DNA from: Oligoflexales bacterium
GTDB taxonomy: Bacteria > Bdellovibrionota_B > Oligoflexia > Oligoflexales > Bog-1112
Assembly (NCBI GenBank): GCA_045106415.1
Contig: JBGCEP010000010.1
Coordinates: 32,001-96,000, forward strand
Direction of reading: 5' to 3'
Length of the DNA: 64,000 bases
Below are positions 18,856-28,621 of the stretch, piece after piece. The notes under the pieces were generated by a model. The model saw nothing but the letters and a program-made list of their open reading frames with translations, was not told the origin of the DNA and did not search any database. The translations under genes were made by a program, and so were the position numbers. The number at the start of each line of letters is the position of its first letter. Position 1 is the stretch's first letter.

Positions 18856-19781
18856 TTTGGATTCTGGGAGTGAGGCTTATACAAAGCGTCTTGTCCTGCG
18901 AGTTCTCTGAGATCTTTTGATCGGCCGACTTCTATGAAGTCGCAGATCTCCTTGAGGCGAGAGTACACGAGTGGTCCGACGCGAGTTTCAAGAAGTTCAA
19001 AATCTTGTCCGGAGTTCATACTTGTGAAGTCGCGTTCTTGTTGAATGCGGTGCATTCGTTTTTTATTTAAAATATAGTTTGTCGTCGCAATAATGGGTTT
19101 TCCTTGATTATAACGGCCCATAATAAGCTGATCTATAATCGTGTGCTCAAACTCACTATTACGACCTTTGCCTAGTTCATCAACTAAAAGAACGTCGACA
19201 CTCATGAGCTCGTTCATGACGGATTTATCCGATTGTCCGTCGGAGTAAGCGTCGCGAATATCTGCTAATAATTGGATGAAGTCAATAAAGCGAACGGAAA
19301 GTCCTCGCTCAATAAGAGCTCTTGCTGCAGCAACAAGAAGGTATGTTTTTCCAATGCCAACCGAGCCGCTTAGAATCATACCTCGTGAATGTTTGGGGTC
19401 AAAGGTTCGAATAGCGGTTCTTAGGTTGTGTGCTGTGTGTCGTGCTTCAATAGCGTGATGGCTAAACGTGTCAAAAGTGGCGCTTGCATAGCGTACAGGA
19501 ATATGAGCTTTATTTATCAAGTGGACAATTTGCACAGGAGAAGGCTTGGTGCAAGAACGAGCTTGCCCTTGATCGTCAACTATAAGGGCTCGTCCATGAC
19601 AACTTTGACAAGCTTCGACACAGTGGCAAACTTTTGCGTAAGTGACAGGGCGATCTGTCATGATCTTATAGCCCTTCTGATGGCAACAGGTGTGCTGGTA
19701 TGACAAAGCACACCGTCTTGCTCTAGAGCGAGCGAGTTCAGAGGGTTTTGAATTTAAGATTTTATCGAGTAGTTGGCCCAT
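18828..19781 (-). CDS. DnaC/IstB-like AAA+ ATPase with an N-terminal Cys-rich zinc-binding region
   Basis: Walker A GSVGIGKT, Walker B LLVDELG, RY...KPIIATTNY, SRLKEIC. Start uncertain (19781 or 19856). Confidence 0.85.
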   Translation of the reverse strand: MGQLLDKILNSKPSELARSRARRCALSYQHTCCHQKGYKIMTDRPVTYAKVCHCVEACQSCHGRALIVDDQGQARSCTKPSPVQIVHLINKAHIPVRYASATFDTFSHHAIEARHTAHNLRTAIRTFDPKHSRGMILSGSVGIGKTYLLVAAARALIERGLSVRFIDFIQLLADIRDAYSDGQSDKSVMNELMSVDVLLVDELGKGRNSEFEHTIIDQLIMGRYNQGKPIIATTNYILNKKRMHRIQQERDFTSMNSGQDFELLETRVGPLVYSRLKEICDFIEVGRSKDLRELAGQDALYKPHSQNPNHSFNRNQT

Positions 19782-19828
19782 GATCTGCCCTAAGGTGAAC
19801 GAAAGGTTTGTTGAGCCTACATTGAAAG

Positions 19829-20479
19829 TTAAATTTTTACGATGCTTTTTATCCAATCATAAATGATTATAGAGGCTTGTTGAAGGATGTCATGGTGCGA
19901 TACTGTGTGTTTTTTAAGAGTTTTAAATCCATGATCGGCGAACTCTAGAGTGACGACTTGTGTGTTTTTATCTTCCTTGTTCACAAGTGGGGTGATGTCG
20001 GAAGGGTGGCCCATGGAGTCTCTATCCCCTTGAAGTACCAAAAGTGGAACTTTAAGAGATTTGAGGTGCAGGCCTCTTGAGTTGTCTGAAATCTTCGATG
20101 TTTTAAGTGGAAAGGATAGACAGATACACCCTGAGACAAAAGAGTGTATTGAGCTCTCTTCACAAAGAAAGTGTGAAGCAACTCTTCCTCCATATGAGCG
20201 CCCCCCTATAAAGATGGGAACTTGAAATTGTTTGGCGTAGTCGACAGCTTGTTTAAATGAAACTGTAGATTTATGCACTCTTTCTGCAATACGGCGACCT
20301 GCAATACGGTAAGGAAACTGTATAGATAAGACAGCGATGCCCCTAGGAGCAAGTTGTTGCGCCAGAATGTGAAAATCTGGGTCATGCATGCTGCTGCCAG
20401 CACTATGCCCGAGGATGAGGATTGAATTCATCTTTTCACATGAATAAAATGTTTTTACAAAATTATTTAAACAAGACAT
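19829..20479 (-). CDS. Alpha/beta hydrolase (KANL3/Tex30-like)
   Basis: GHSAG, GGRSYGGRVA nucleophile elbow, LQGDRD, ADHGF. Confidence 0.88.
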   Translation of the reverse strand: MSCLNNFVKTFYSCEKMNSILILGHSAGSSMHDPDFHILAQQLAPRGIAVLSIQFPYRIAGRRIAERVHKSTVSFKQAVDYAKQFQVPIFIGGRSYGGRVASHFLCEESSIHSFVSGCICLSFPLKTSKISDNSRGLHLKSLKVPLLVLQGDRDSMGHPSDITPLVNKEDKNTQVVTLEFADHGFKTLKKHTVSHHDILQQASIIIYDWIKSIVKI

Positions 20480-20679
20480 TTGATGAGCCTTTATTCTTAT
20501 TGGTTTTTTGGGAATTTATTTATGGGTGTTTTTACTCAAGGGGTGAAATTTCTTTAGTTCTTTAATTTCAAAGGCTTGCCCGCGGTTTTTGACTTTGGTA
20601 GATCCTATTCGAGAGCTGTTTTCTTTCAGCACCATATATCGAACGATTTGCATGTTTTGTCAATATTGGAAAAAGGTTC

Positions 20680-20961
20680 ATGCCAATGCAAGATGTCTCC
20701 TTTTCGAGAAAACCGATTCATAAAAAACGAGGAAGATTGAGAGCTGGTGACTATGTCAGTTTTAATCAAGCACGTGAGTTTGCGATTCAGCTACATTTTA
20801 AAACACGTGATGAGTGGCGAAAGTGGGCCCGTGGGGAGCTTGATGGTTATCCTGAAAAACCCAACCATATTCCCAGCCATCCTGATGGAATTTATAGGAA
20901 TGATGGTTGGAAGGGCTGGAAGTATTGGTTGGGTAATATGACAGATCATGCCTTGGATTGA
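20680..20961 (+). CDS. Small protein consisting of one 'phage integrase repeat'-like unit
   Basis: YVSFNQAREFA..L..KT..EW..W...P..IPSHP..IY...GW.GW..WLG, preceded by a basic stretch. Confidence 0.65.
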   Translation: MPMQDVSFSRKPIHKKRGRLRAGDYVSFNQAREFAIQLHFKTRDEWRKWARGELDGYPEKPNHIPSHPDGIYRNDGWKGWKYWLGNMTDHALD

Positions 20962-20976
20962 CTTTTGAGGTGTTTT

Positions 20977-23900
20977 TTAAAGAAGTTCTTCTTCTTCAAA
21001 CTCCTCAGTCGGCTGTGCACGGTTCCAGTGGCCATCGCTATTTTGATCTAACTGCTCCTCTGAGTCGACATCCCCTTTGAGGTTTGCCTTTATACTCAGA
21101 CCTTGATCAGTTGTATCCACGGAATCGTCGCTTCTTTCCCAGAGTTTGACGTGCTGTTGAGGCCTCCATGAGCCGTTTTGAACTCCAGGAGGAACAGAGA
21201 CGAGGCCTCGCACCCCATAACCTGGTGCAAAAGGATTTTGGTAGCTTTCACCTGTTGTTGCTATATTTGTTGGCCCCCACGAATCTAAAATATTAGTGTG
21301 ATCCCTTAGAATCACTCCTCGTGGGATATCCACCATAACAGGCACAAGGTGTTCAGGTGATTTTAGTGGCCACTCTTGATTTGCAAGGACTTTGAGGTCA
21401 AGAGGGTCGATATAATCTTTATATTTTTTGTGATCAATAATGGCTTTCCCAAACTCGATCCACATAGGAAGAGCACCCGTGCCACCATAGATGCGAATTC
21501 TGCCGTTGCGCATAATTTTATTCATGTCGTAGCCAACATAAGCAGAGATAGAGTAACTGTTTTTTGGGTCAAGTTCTTTGCCGTATTCAGTGGGATATGG
21601 GATAAACCCTGCAAAATAGCTTGTCATGAAGTCATTGGTGGTACCTGTTTTTCCAAAAGCTGGAATTCTTACTTTGCTGGGCTTTTCATTATCGCCTTCT
21701 TTTTGTGAGTCAATGGTGACATAGAGTTCACCTTTTGCTCTTCGCCCTGTACCGTGGCTGACAACTTTTTCTAGGATTTGTTGCATTTGTTCTGTGACTT
21801 GTGGAGATACGATTTCATGTTCTTTTGGGCTCGAACGATAGAGTACTTGGCCGAAACGATCTTCAATTCTACGGATAAATGTTAATTGATTTTTAGGTCC
21901 ATCTTCGAAAAATTGGTAGGTTTTTCCAGTTGCGAATGTTTGATAAATTTTTGCGATTTCACTTGTTGTGACGTCGTTGGTGCCAAGAGGGTAGGATAAG
22001 ATAGCCTCTAGAGGGCTATAAACACCCATGTCATGACTAAGTTGTGTGAGGTAGTTGAGCCCGAGTGTTGTTCTGAAGTCTGAATGTTCAAAATAGCGGT
22101 TTAAATCATATGCTTGTCGTTGAGTGGTGATTTGTATGAAGCGTTCCTCAATTTTTTCAACGATATTTTGCGTGAGTTTTACACTCATACGGCCGTCAAT
22201 GAGGACATCTTGAAGAGTGAGTCCCGATGTGCCTGTAGTTGCAAGAGGGCTTTTTAATCCCCAAACTGCCTCAAGGTCTAAAACAGATAACGGACGGCCT
22301 TTAGGTGGTGGAAGGAGGAATTCCTTTGCTGTTTTTGGAGGAAGCTCTTCTGGATAATAGTGGACATAACCAAGTTGTGGCTGGGTGTTTGAACTTGTGA
22401 GAACACGGAATTTTTCGATAGTACCTTTGAATTGTGGGGAGGAAAAAGTTTTAATAGCACCTTGTGTGCGAACCGCGAGCTGTAAAATATCCCAGTCGCT
22501 GAGTAAAGAATCATGCAAACGTTGTGTGCGTATGAGATTGTTCAGGACTAGTTCGACACGTTTTTTTAATTCTTTGGACGAAATTTTATCTGGGTTTGGT
22601 CCGTGGAGCTTTTGGAGCTCTGCTGTATAGCCAACACCACGCCATAAGTGTTGAAGTTGTTTGAGGGTGTGTTCGTGATTTGAAAAAATGAGATCAGGAG
22701 CAAGGGACGTGATGACACGTCGCAGTTGATAGCTTCTAATCCCTTCATTATCGATGGAGATGCCGGTTTTTTTACTGACGCGGTAATGAAAGTCCTGAGG
22801 TGACTCATCTGGATGAGGGAGAAGGTCGAGACGAGCCATGGCTTCTTTGAATTGTTTAAAGTTTAATTTTTCAGTGAGGTCAGCAGCAAGGGCAACGGAA
22901 GCAAGATTTTCACTCATAACACCAGTCCAAAGCATAGATGTTTCAGCATACGGACTTGCGTGATCTGGCCGCGGGTAGTAAAAATGCCCTTGGTATGGGA
23001 ATAATGTTCTTGAATTGCGAATAGGGTCTAAAGTTCCCCATCCGAGCTGCAGTGCAGCGAAAAAAACAGGAGCTTTAAAGACAGATCCTGGCTGTCTTCG
23101 TGCGTACATAGCTCTGTTGTAGCCTACTGTTTCGAATCCTGAAATCACTGCACGGACTTCCCCTTTATCTGTTGCAATCATGCCGCCGCTTACTTTTGGT
23201 TTTTTGTGAAGCTCTAATGTCGCGTGATGTGTTGCTACGTCATATTCAAGAACTTCAACAAAGAGGCTGTCTCCAATCTTAACTTCATCCATGATGTGTT
23301 TCATGTAATGACGATAACCTTTCGGAAAAGGAAGATCTAAAAGTTTTGCATATCGCTGGAGGGAGGTGGTTGAAATTGTTCCACTAGGAAGACCGAAAGA
23401 GATCTCCAAACTATAGTCTTTATGGGATGAGCCTTTTTTCTCTTTGACAACACCGTAAAGAAATTGTTTTTCTTTGAGTGCTCGCCTAGGCTTTGAGAGT
23501 TCTGGCTTTTCAGCTTTGAAGCCTTCTAATATCGTCTCAATACGTGATAAATTTCTTCTTACAGCGAGTTGTGCTGCTTCTTGGAGTTTGTGATCGAGAG
23601 TGGTGTAAACTCTTAACCCTGCGATATTGAGATCGGAAGCTTTTAAATTTAAGGTCTTTAAGACCTCAGATTTTTTTAATTGACTGCGTACAAGGTCGAC
23701 TAAGGAAACCTCCGCAGTTTTGAACTCTCCTTTGCGAAAGGGAACATCAGTTGTGACGGCTGTTTCGTAATCGGTTTCTGATATCCATTGTTGCTCCCGC
23801 ATACGACCAAGGACGTAATTTTTTCGTTCATTTGCGTATCCATGTGCCCGTGTTTGACTTGTTTTGGTGTACTTAATAAATGGATTGTACTTTCCTGGGC

Positions 23901-24531
23901 CTTTAACAGATCCGGCAATAAAGGCGGCTTCTACAAGGCTAAGGTCTTCTACGTCTTTGTTGAAGTAATATTTTGCTGCAATGCCAATACCGTTGCCGTT
24001 GCCGACAACATGGAATTGATTCAGGTAGAATTCTAAGATTTGTTTTTTTGAATACAGTCTCTCAAACTTTAAGGATCGGATCATCTCTCGTAATTTACGG
24101 GAGAGGGTTTTTTTGCGATCATTGACAATATTCTTGACAGTTTGTTGAGTGATGGTGGAACCACCTCGTGTGAAAGCACCTTGTGCGATACCTTCAACAG
24201 CTGCTTTGGTTATTGCAATGGGGTCAATTCCGAAGTGCTCATAGAAGTTTTTATCTTCAGAAGCAATAATAGCATTGATCATGTGCGCAGGGATTTTTTC
24301 GATTGGGATGTATCGCCTGTGAGAATCTTCAAAAATACTCCCAATCCGTGTCTGCTCGTCTAGATAATATAAAGTGGTTTCTTCATGGATTCTGGCCATG
24401 ATGGTGCTTTTTTGTAGTTCGAGGTCCTCCTCAAGAAAGACGAGGTAGAAAATCCACCCTACAGTAAAGCAACCGAGGAACATTCCTAGGCTTAAGGTGT
24501 AAAAACAGAAACGGACGATTGTATTTCGCAT
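20977..24531 (-). CDS. Class A penicillin-binding protein (PBP1A, transglycosylase/transpeptidase)
   Basis: SEDKNFYEHFGID, GGSTITQQ, RKLRE, YLN. SxxK (GSVFK), SxN (SEN), KTGT. RBS GGAGA before ATG 24531. Confidence 0.92.
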   Translation of the reverse strand: MRNTIVRFCFYTLSLGMFLGCFTVGWIFYLVFLEEDLELQKSTIMARIHEETTLYYLDEQTRIGSIFEDSHRRYIPIEKIPAHMINAIIASEDKNFYEHFGIDPIAITKAAVEGIAQGAFTRGGSTITQQTVKNIVNDRKKTLSRKLREMIRSLKFERLYSKKQILEFYLNQFHVVGNGNGIGIAAKYYFNKDVEDLSLVEAAFIAGSVKGPGKYNPFIKYTKTSQTRAHGYANERKNYVLGRMREQQWISETDYETAVTTDVPFRKGEFKTAEVSLVDLVRSQLKKSEVLKTLNLKASDLNIAGLRVYTTLDHKLQEAAQLAVRRNLSRIETILEGFKAEKPELSKPRRALKEKQFLYGVVKEKKGSSHKDYSLEISFGLPSGTISTTSLQRYAKLLDLPFPKGYRHYMKHIMDEVKIGDSLFVEVLEYDVATHHATLELHKKPKVSGGMIATDKGEVRAVISGFETVGYNRAMYARRQPGSVFKAPVFFAALQLGWGTLDPIRNSRTLFPYQGHFYYPRPDHASPYAETSMLWTGVMSENLASVALAADLTEKLNFKQFKEAMARLDLLPHPDESPQDFHYRVSKKTGISIDNEGIRSYQLRRVITSLAPDLIFSNHEHTLKQLQHLWRGVGYTAELQKLHGPNPDKISSKELKKRVELVLNNLIRTQRLHDSLLSDWDILQLAVRTQGAIKTFSSPQFKGTIEKFRVLTSSNTQPQLGYVHYYPEELPPKTAKEFLLPPPKGRPLSVLDLEAVWGLKSPLATTGTSGLTLQDVLIDGRMSVKLTQNIVEKIEERFIQITTQRQAYDLNRYFEHSDFRTTLGLNYLTQLSHDMGVYSPLEAILSYPLGTNDVTTSEIAKIYQTFATGKTYQFFEDGPKNQLTFIRRIEDRFGQVLYRSSPKEHEIVSPQVTEQMQQILEKVVSHGTGRRAKGELYVTIDSQKEGDNEKPSKVRIPAFGKTGTTNDFMTSYFAGFIPYPTEYGKELDPKNSYSISAYVGYDMNKIMRNGRIRIYGGTGALPMWIEFGKAIIDHKKYKDYIDPLDLKVLANQEWPLKSPEHLVPVMVDIPRGVILRDHTNILDSWGPTNIATTGESYQNPFAPGYGVRGLVSVPPGVQNGSWRPQQHVKLWERSDDSVDTTDQGLSIKANLKGDVDSEEQLDQNSDGHWNRAQPTEEFEEEELL

Positions 24532-24686
24532 GGATTCTCCCAGCATTTCCAAACGATGGATGCACAGGCCCATTGTACTCTGCTTAGGACCCACGGCCAA
24601 TTCAAGGTATGATCAATATCAGATTCAAGGCGAAAAGGCAGCGAATGAATGCGTCTTTTGAGATGTGTTTTTTTCAAGGGGGTGGC

Positions 24687-25751
24687 ATGAGAAATATTTT
24701 ATTTATTATTGTTTTTATGTCTCTGCACATTGTTGTAGCACCAGCCACTGAGGCAAAAGTTCTTCAGTCTTTCGCCTCAGTGGCTGAAAAAGCTTTTGAT
24801 GGTGTTGTTAATATTCGAAGCAAAACCTGGATAAAGCAAGATCATGACCGAGATATCTATCAGTTTTTTTTGCAAGGCCGTCTCCCAGAAAAAAATCAAA
24901 CAGTTGCACTAGGATCTGGCGTTATTATTGATCGTGAAGGGCACATTGTTACAAACTACCATGTGATTCAGGATGCTTCGTCGATTGAGGTTTTGTTTGC
25001 GAAATCTAGAAAAAAACTTGAAGCAAGAGTCGTTGGAGTTGATCGTAAGACAGACCTTGCTTTATTGAAGGTGCTAGCAAACCAACCTCTAAAACCTTTG
25101 AGCTTTGGAAACAGTGACAAAGTAAGAGCCGGTGATTGGGTCTTAGCGATAGGAAATCCTTTGGGGTATGCTCACAGTTTGACGAGTGGAATTATCTCAG
25201 CAAAAGGCCGAGTCCTTGGGTCCGGACCCTATGATGATTTTCTACAGACAGACGCTGCTATTAATCCTGGGAATTCAGGAGGGCCTCTTTTGGATATGAG
25301 AGGGCGGCTGATAGGAATTAATACTGCTGTAGAAAAGCAAGCTTATGGTATAGGTTTTGCGATCCCTATTCATATGGTGCAAGCCGTTGTGCGAGACTTA
25401 AAAGCTTTTGGGAAGGTTCGTAGACCGTTTCTTGGTATCGTGGGGCGAAACATTTTATCCAGAGATGAAGGGGCTAACGGTGGTGGTGTTTATGGGGTCA
25501 TTGTCAGGAATTTGATTGTGGATGGCCCAGCTCATAAAGGGAAGCTACAGTTAGGTGACCTTCTTATGGCTATGGATGAAATTCCCCTGCGCGATATGAA
25601 TATTCTTCAAAGAGAGCTTATTCAAAAGAAAACAACAGATCGAGTGCGGTTGAAGATTTACCGCCGTGGACGTGGTTTTCTTCATGTTGTCGTGGACCTT
25701 ACCGAGGTTCCTTCAAGTCATGACCTTCCACAGCAAGATAATTTATTTTAG
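24687..25751 (+). CDS. HtrA/DegP-like serine protease with one PDZ domain
   Basis: GSGVII, TNYHVI, DLALLK, QTDAAINPGNSGGPL. Confidence 0.95.
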   Translation: MRNILFIIVFMSLHIVVAPATEAKVLQSFASVAEKAFDGVVNIRSKTWIKQDHDRDIYQFFLQGRLPEKNQTVALGSGVIIDREGHIVTNYHVIQDASSIEVLFAKSRKKLEARVVGVDRKTDLALLKVLANQPLKPLSFGNSDKVRAGDWVLAIGNPLGYAHSLTSGIISAKGRVLGSGPYDDFLQTDAAINPGNSGGPLLDMRGRLIGINTAVEKQAYGIGFAIPIHMVQAVVRDLKAFGKVRRPFLGIVGRNILSRDEGANGGGVYGVIVRNLIVDGPAHKGKLQLGDLLMAMDEIPLRDMNILQRELIQKKTTDRVRLKIYRRGRGFLHVVVDLTEVPSSHDLPQQDNLF

Positions 25752-25820
25752 ATTAAGAGGGAAAATTTTCTGGATTGCTTCCAGCTGTAGATTGCGGCAA
25801 TGTAATGAAATAATGAGTGA

Positions 25821-26279
25821 GTGATCTCTGGAGGAGACTTGGGTTTTCGAGACATCATATCCTGGGCAGCTATTGGAATGTTATCTATTAGTTACTGGTT
25901 TCAGATTTATAAAATTCATAAAAGACAAGAAGTCATGGATTTATCTATTATGTATCATGTGCTTCTAGCTTTGGGTTTTGGAGTTTTGACTTGGACGGCT
26001 TGGGTTGAAAACTCTGTTATTTTTATGACAAAGCAAATTCTTACAACAATTCCGGTTGTCGTTATTATTTGTCAAATTCTCTATTTTAGAAAAAAAAGAG
26101 AAGAAGAGGCTCGCCTGCCTTGCGCAAATTGTGATTATATTCCAGAGCAAGAATGGAATTTTTGTGCCTTATGTGGTCTTGAATCCTCAGGGCGTAGTTT
26201 TATCCGAAGGCCAAAAGGTGAGTTTTATAAAGCACATCAAGTAGTTGATAAAGCTCAGTCGCACTCTAAGGTGTCTTGA
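25821..26279 (+). CDS. PQ-loop/SemiSWEET-like 3-TM protein with a C-terminal zinc ribbon
   Basis: SYWFQIYKI.K...V.DLS, three TM helices, CANC...FCALCG. Confidence 0.65.
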   Translation: MISGGDLGFRDIISWAAIGMLSISYWFQIYKIHKRQEVMDLSIMYHVLLALGFGVLTWTAWVENSVIFMTKQILTTIPVVVIICQILYFRKKREEEARLPCANCDYIPEQEWNFCALCGLESSGRSFIRRPKGEFYKAHQVVDKAQSHSKVS

Positions 26280-26438
26280 TGGTTTATTGTGAATGCTTAT
26301 GTTAGTTTTTAAATTCTGTTGTTAGTTTTGATTTTAAGTGCTTTGATTCTCTTTTTTTCCTATCTCGATCCTTTACTCGGCTCATGCTACAATCCCTGCG
26401 TTGAATAAAATTATTTCTGAAGTGAAATAGGGAGTGAT

Positions 26439-28349
26439 GTGGTGGATGATGGTGGCGTAATCAATCTTTTAAAAGGTTTAGTGCTTGATGGAGTCGAGAA
26501 AGCAAAGTCAGGTCATCCCGGTGGTGCTATGTCGAGTATGGATTTTGCATACCTTTTGTTTACAGAATTTCTGAATTTTAATCCTGACGACAGTGAGTGG
26601 CAAGGGCGTGATCGTTTTGTTTTGAGCGCTGGTCATGAATCTATGCTTTTATATTCACTCCTTCATGGAATTGGTTGGTTGCCTAAAGATGAACTTAAGC
26701 GCTTTCGGCAATTAGGATCTCAAACTCCAGGTCACCCAGAAAATACAGTTACAAAAGGTGTTGAATGTACCACAGGCCCTTTGGGGCAAGGTGGAGCAAT
26801 GTCGGTTGGCTTTGCTATTGGCTCTAAACATCTTGAAGCTCGAGTGAGTTCTTTATTCACAGCGAAAACTTGGGTGTTGCTGGGTGATGGATGTATGCAA
26901 GAAGGTGTGACTTTAGGGGCGGCTTCTTTAGCTGGGCACTTAAAGTTGAATAACTTAATTTGGTACTATGATCGCAACAAGCAACAGATTTCTGGAAATA
27001 TCGATAGAGCCGTTTCGGATGATATAGCGCAAATTTTTAAGGGCTTCGGTTGGAAGGTTTATGAAGTGGACGGACACAACCATCTGCAACTTCGAGCCGT
27101 CATGCAAAAAGCTTCTCAAGCAAAAGAAGCCCCAACCTTGATTGTTGGAAATACCGTTATGGCTAAAGGGTCTGCGACACAAGAAGGAAAACACACAACG
27201 CACGGTGCTCCTTTTGGAGAGCAAGAACTTAAAGCAACAAAAAAACATTTAGGGTTACCCGAAGATCAAAGTTTTTATTGGCCTGATAATGCGAATGATT
27301 TTTTTCAAAGGCGATTCGCTGAATTGAGAAAGCAAGCTGCTTTATGGAATGAGCAAGCTACTGCAGAAGGTTTAAATCAAAAGTTAAATGGTTATACACA
27401 GCCTGATATTCAGGCGTTACCAGTACCTGAATGGCCAGAGAAAATTGCAACAAGAGCTGTTTTTGGGAAGTTGCTAGAAGCCTGGGCTCCAAGCCTCCCG
27501 TCTCTTCTAGGGGGAAGCGCCGATCTTGAACCGTCAAATTCAACGGGTGCTTTTGCAAAACTTGTCGGAGATTTTCAAGCAGATAACCCACAGGGCAGAA
27601 ATCTTGCATATGGTGTTAGAGAATTTCCGATGATGGCTATTTCGAATGGCCTCTCTCTTATGGGGCCGTTTATTCCATTTGATGCCACGTTTCTTGTTTT
27701 TTCTGACTACGCACGGGCAGCAATAAGGCTTGCGGCTATTCAAAAAATACAAGTTATTCATGAACTTACCCATGACTCTTTCTACGTTGGTGAAGATGGA
27801 CCCACTCACCAACCTATTGAACATATTGTGAGCTTGAGAAGTATGCCAGATGTTTATGTGATGAGGCCTGCAGATGGTGCTGAAACAGCTGCCTTACTGA
27901 AAGTTGCTCTTTCGAGGAAGATTGTGAGTTGTATGTGCCTTACACGGCAAAATTTGCCGACACTTTCTGCAGTGGGTGCGGCAGAAAAAGGAGCGTGGGT
28001 TGTGCGTGAATCTAAGAATAACTTAGTCCTCTATGCTACAGGCAGTGAGGTCGCTTTAGCGCTCGAAGTTGCTGAGGTTTTAGATGCTCGTGTTATATCA
28101 GTCCCTTGCTGGGAGCTGTTGTTCGAGCAACCACAAAATTATATTGATGACATGATGAGTGAAGGGTGTGATTACCGAGTGAGTATTGAAGCAGGTAGCA
28201 CTCTAGGGTGGGAGAAGTTTACAGGCCGTTCTGGTCTTCAAATCGGTGTAGATCACTACGGAGAAAGTGCTCCTGCAGGAGAACTGGCGTCACATTATGG
28301 TTTTACGAGAGAGATGATCGTTTCCCGTATTGAGCAATATATGAAATGA
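26439..28349 (+). CDS. tkt: Transketolase
   Basis: SGHPG, RDRFVLSAGH, TGPLGQG, GDGCMQEG, GVREF, THDS..VGEDGPTHQP. Confidence 0.96.
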   Translation: MVDDGGVINLLKGLVLDGVEKAKSGHPGGAMSSMDFAYLLFTEFLNFNPDDSEWQGRDRFVLSAGHESMLLYSLLHGIGWLPKDELKRFRQLGSQTPGHPENTVTKGVECTTGPLGQGGAMSVGFAIGSKHLEARVSSLFTAKTWVLLGDGCMQEGVTLGAASLAGHLKLNNLIWYYDRNKQQISGNIDRAVSDDIAQIFKGFGWKVYEVDGHNHLQLRAVMQKASQAKEAPTLIVGNTVMAKGSATQEGKHTTHGAPFGEQELKATKKHLGLPEDQSFYWPDNANDFFQRRFAELRKQAALWNEQATAEGLNQKLNGYTQPDIQALPVPEWPEKIATRAVFGKLLEAWAPSLPSLLGGSADLEPSNSTGAFAKLVGDFQADNPQGRNLAYGVREFPMMAISNGLSLMGPFIPFDATFLVFSDYARAAIRLAAIQKIQVIHELTHDSFYVGEDGPTHQPIEHIVSLRSMPDVYVMRPADGAETAALLKVALSRKIVSCMCLTRQNLPTLSAVGAAEKGAWVVRESKNNLVLYATGSEVALALEVAEVLDARVISVPCWELLFEQPQNYIDDMMSEGCDYRVSIEAGSTLGWEKFTGRSGLQIGVDHYGESAPAGELASHYGFTREMIVSRIEQYMK

Positions 28350-28442
28350 CGTTGAGGTGTCACAGTGTGATGTGAAACAAGCATACTGACTGTTTGAAGT
28401 GGGTCATTATTATTTATGGTGTCTGTTTCGATTTTTATATTA

Positions 28443-28483
28443 AAAAGAGTTAAGAGCTTGACTTGAAAGTTCTTAACTCTTTT
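28443..28483. repeat. Long AT-rich inverted repeat, possibly the tkt terminator
   Basis: AAAAGAGTTAAGAGCTT-gacttga-AAGTTCTTAACTCTTTT. Confidence 0.65.
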
Positions 28484-28621
28484 ATATTAGGTTGTTGCTA
28501 GCGATGAAGTGCGATTCTAGCGTACGAGTAGAAGATGTTGTTTAGAAACTCGTATGGCGCTTATTAAAATAAAAGATTGATATGAACCTTAGTCGTGTGA
28601 TAACGACGGACATTAGTTTTT

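Noticed and set aside
18828..19856. IS21 element
   Set aside because: No IstA transposase or terminal repeats flank the IstB-like ATPase.
16743..28349. glpX plus tkt as evidence for a Calvin cycle
   Set aside because: The genes are unlinked and there is no RuBisCO or phosphoribulokinase in the window. Both are ordinary central metabolism genes.
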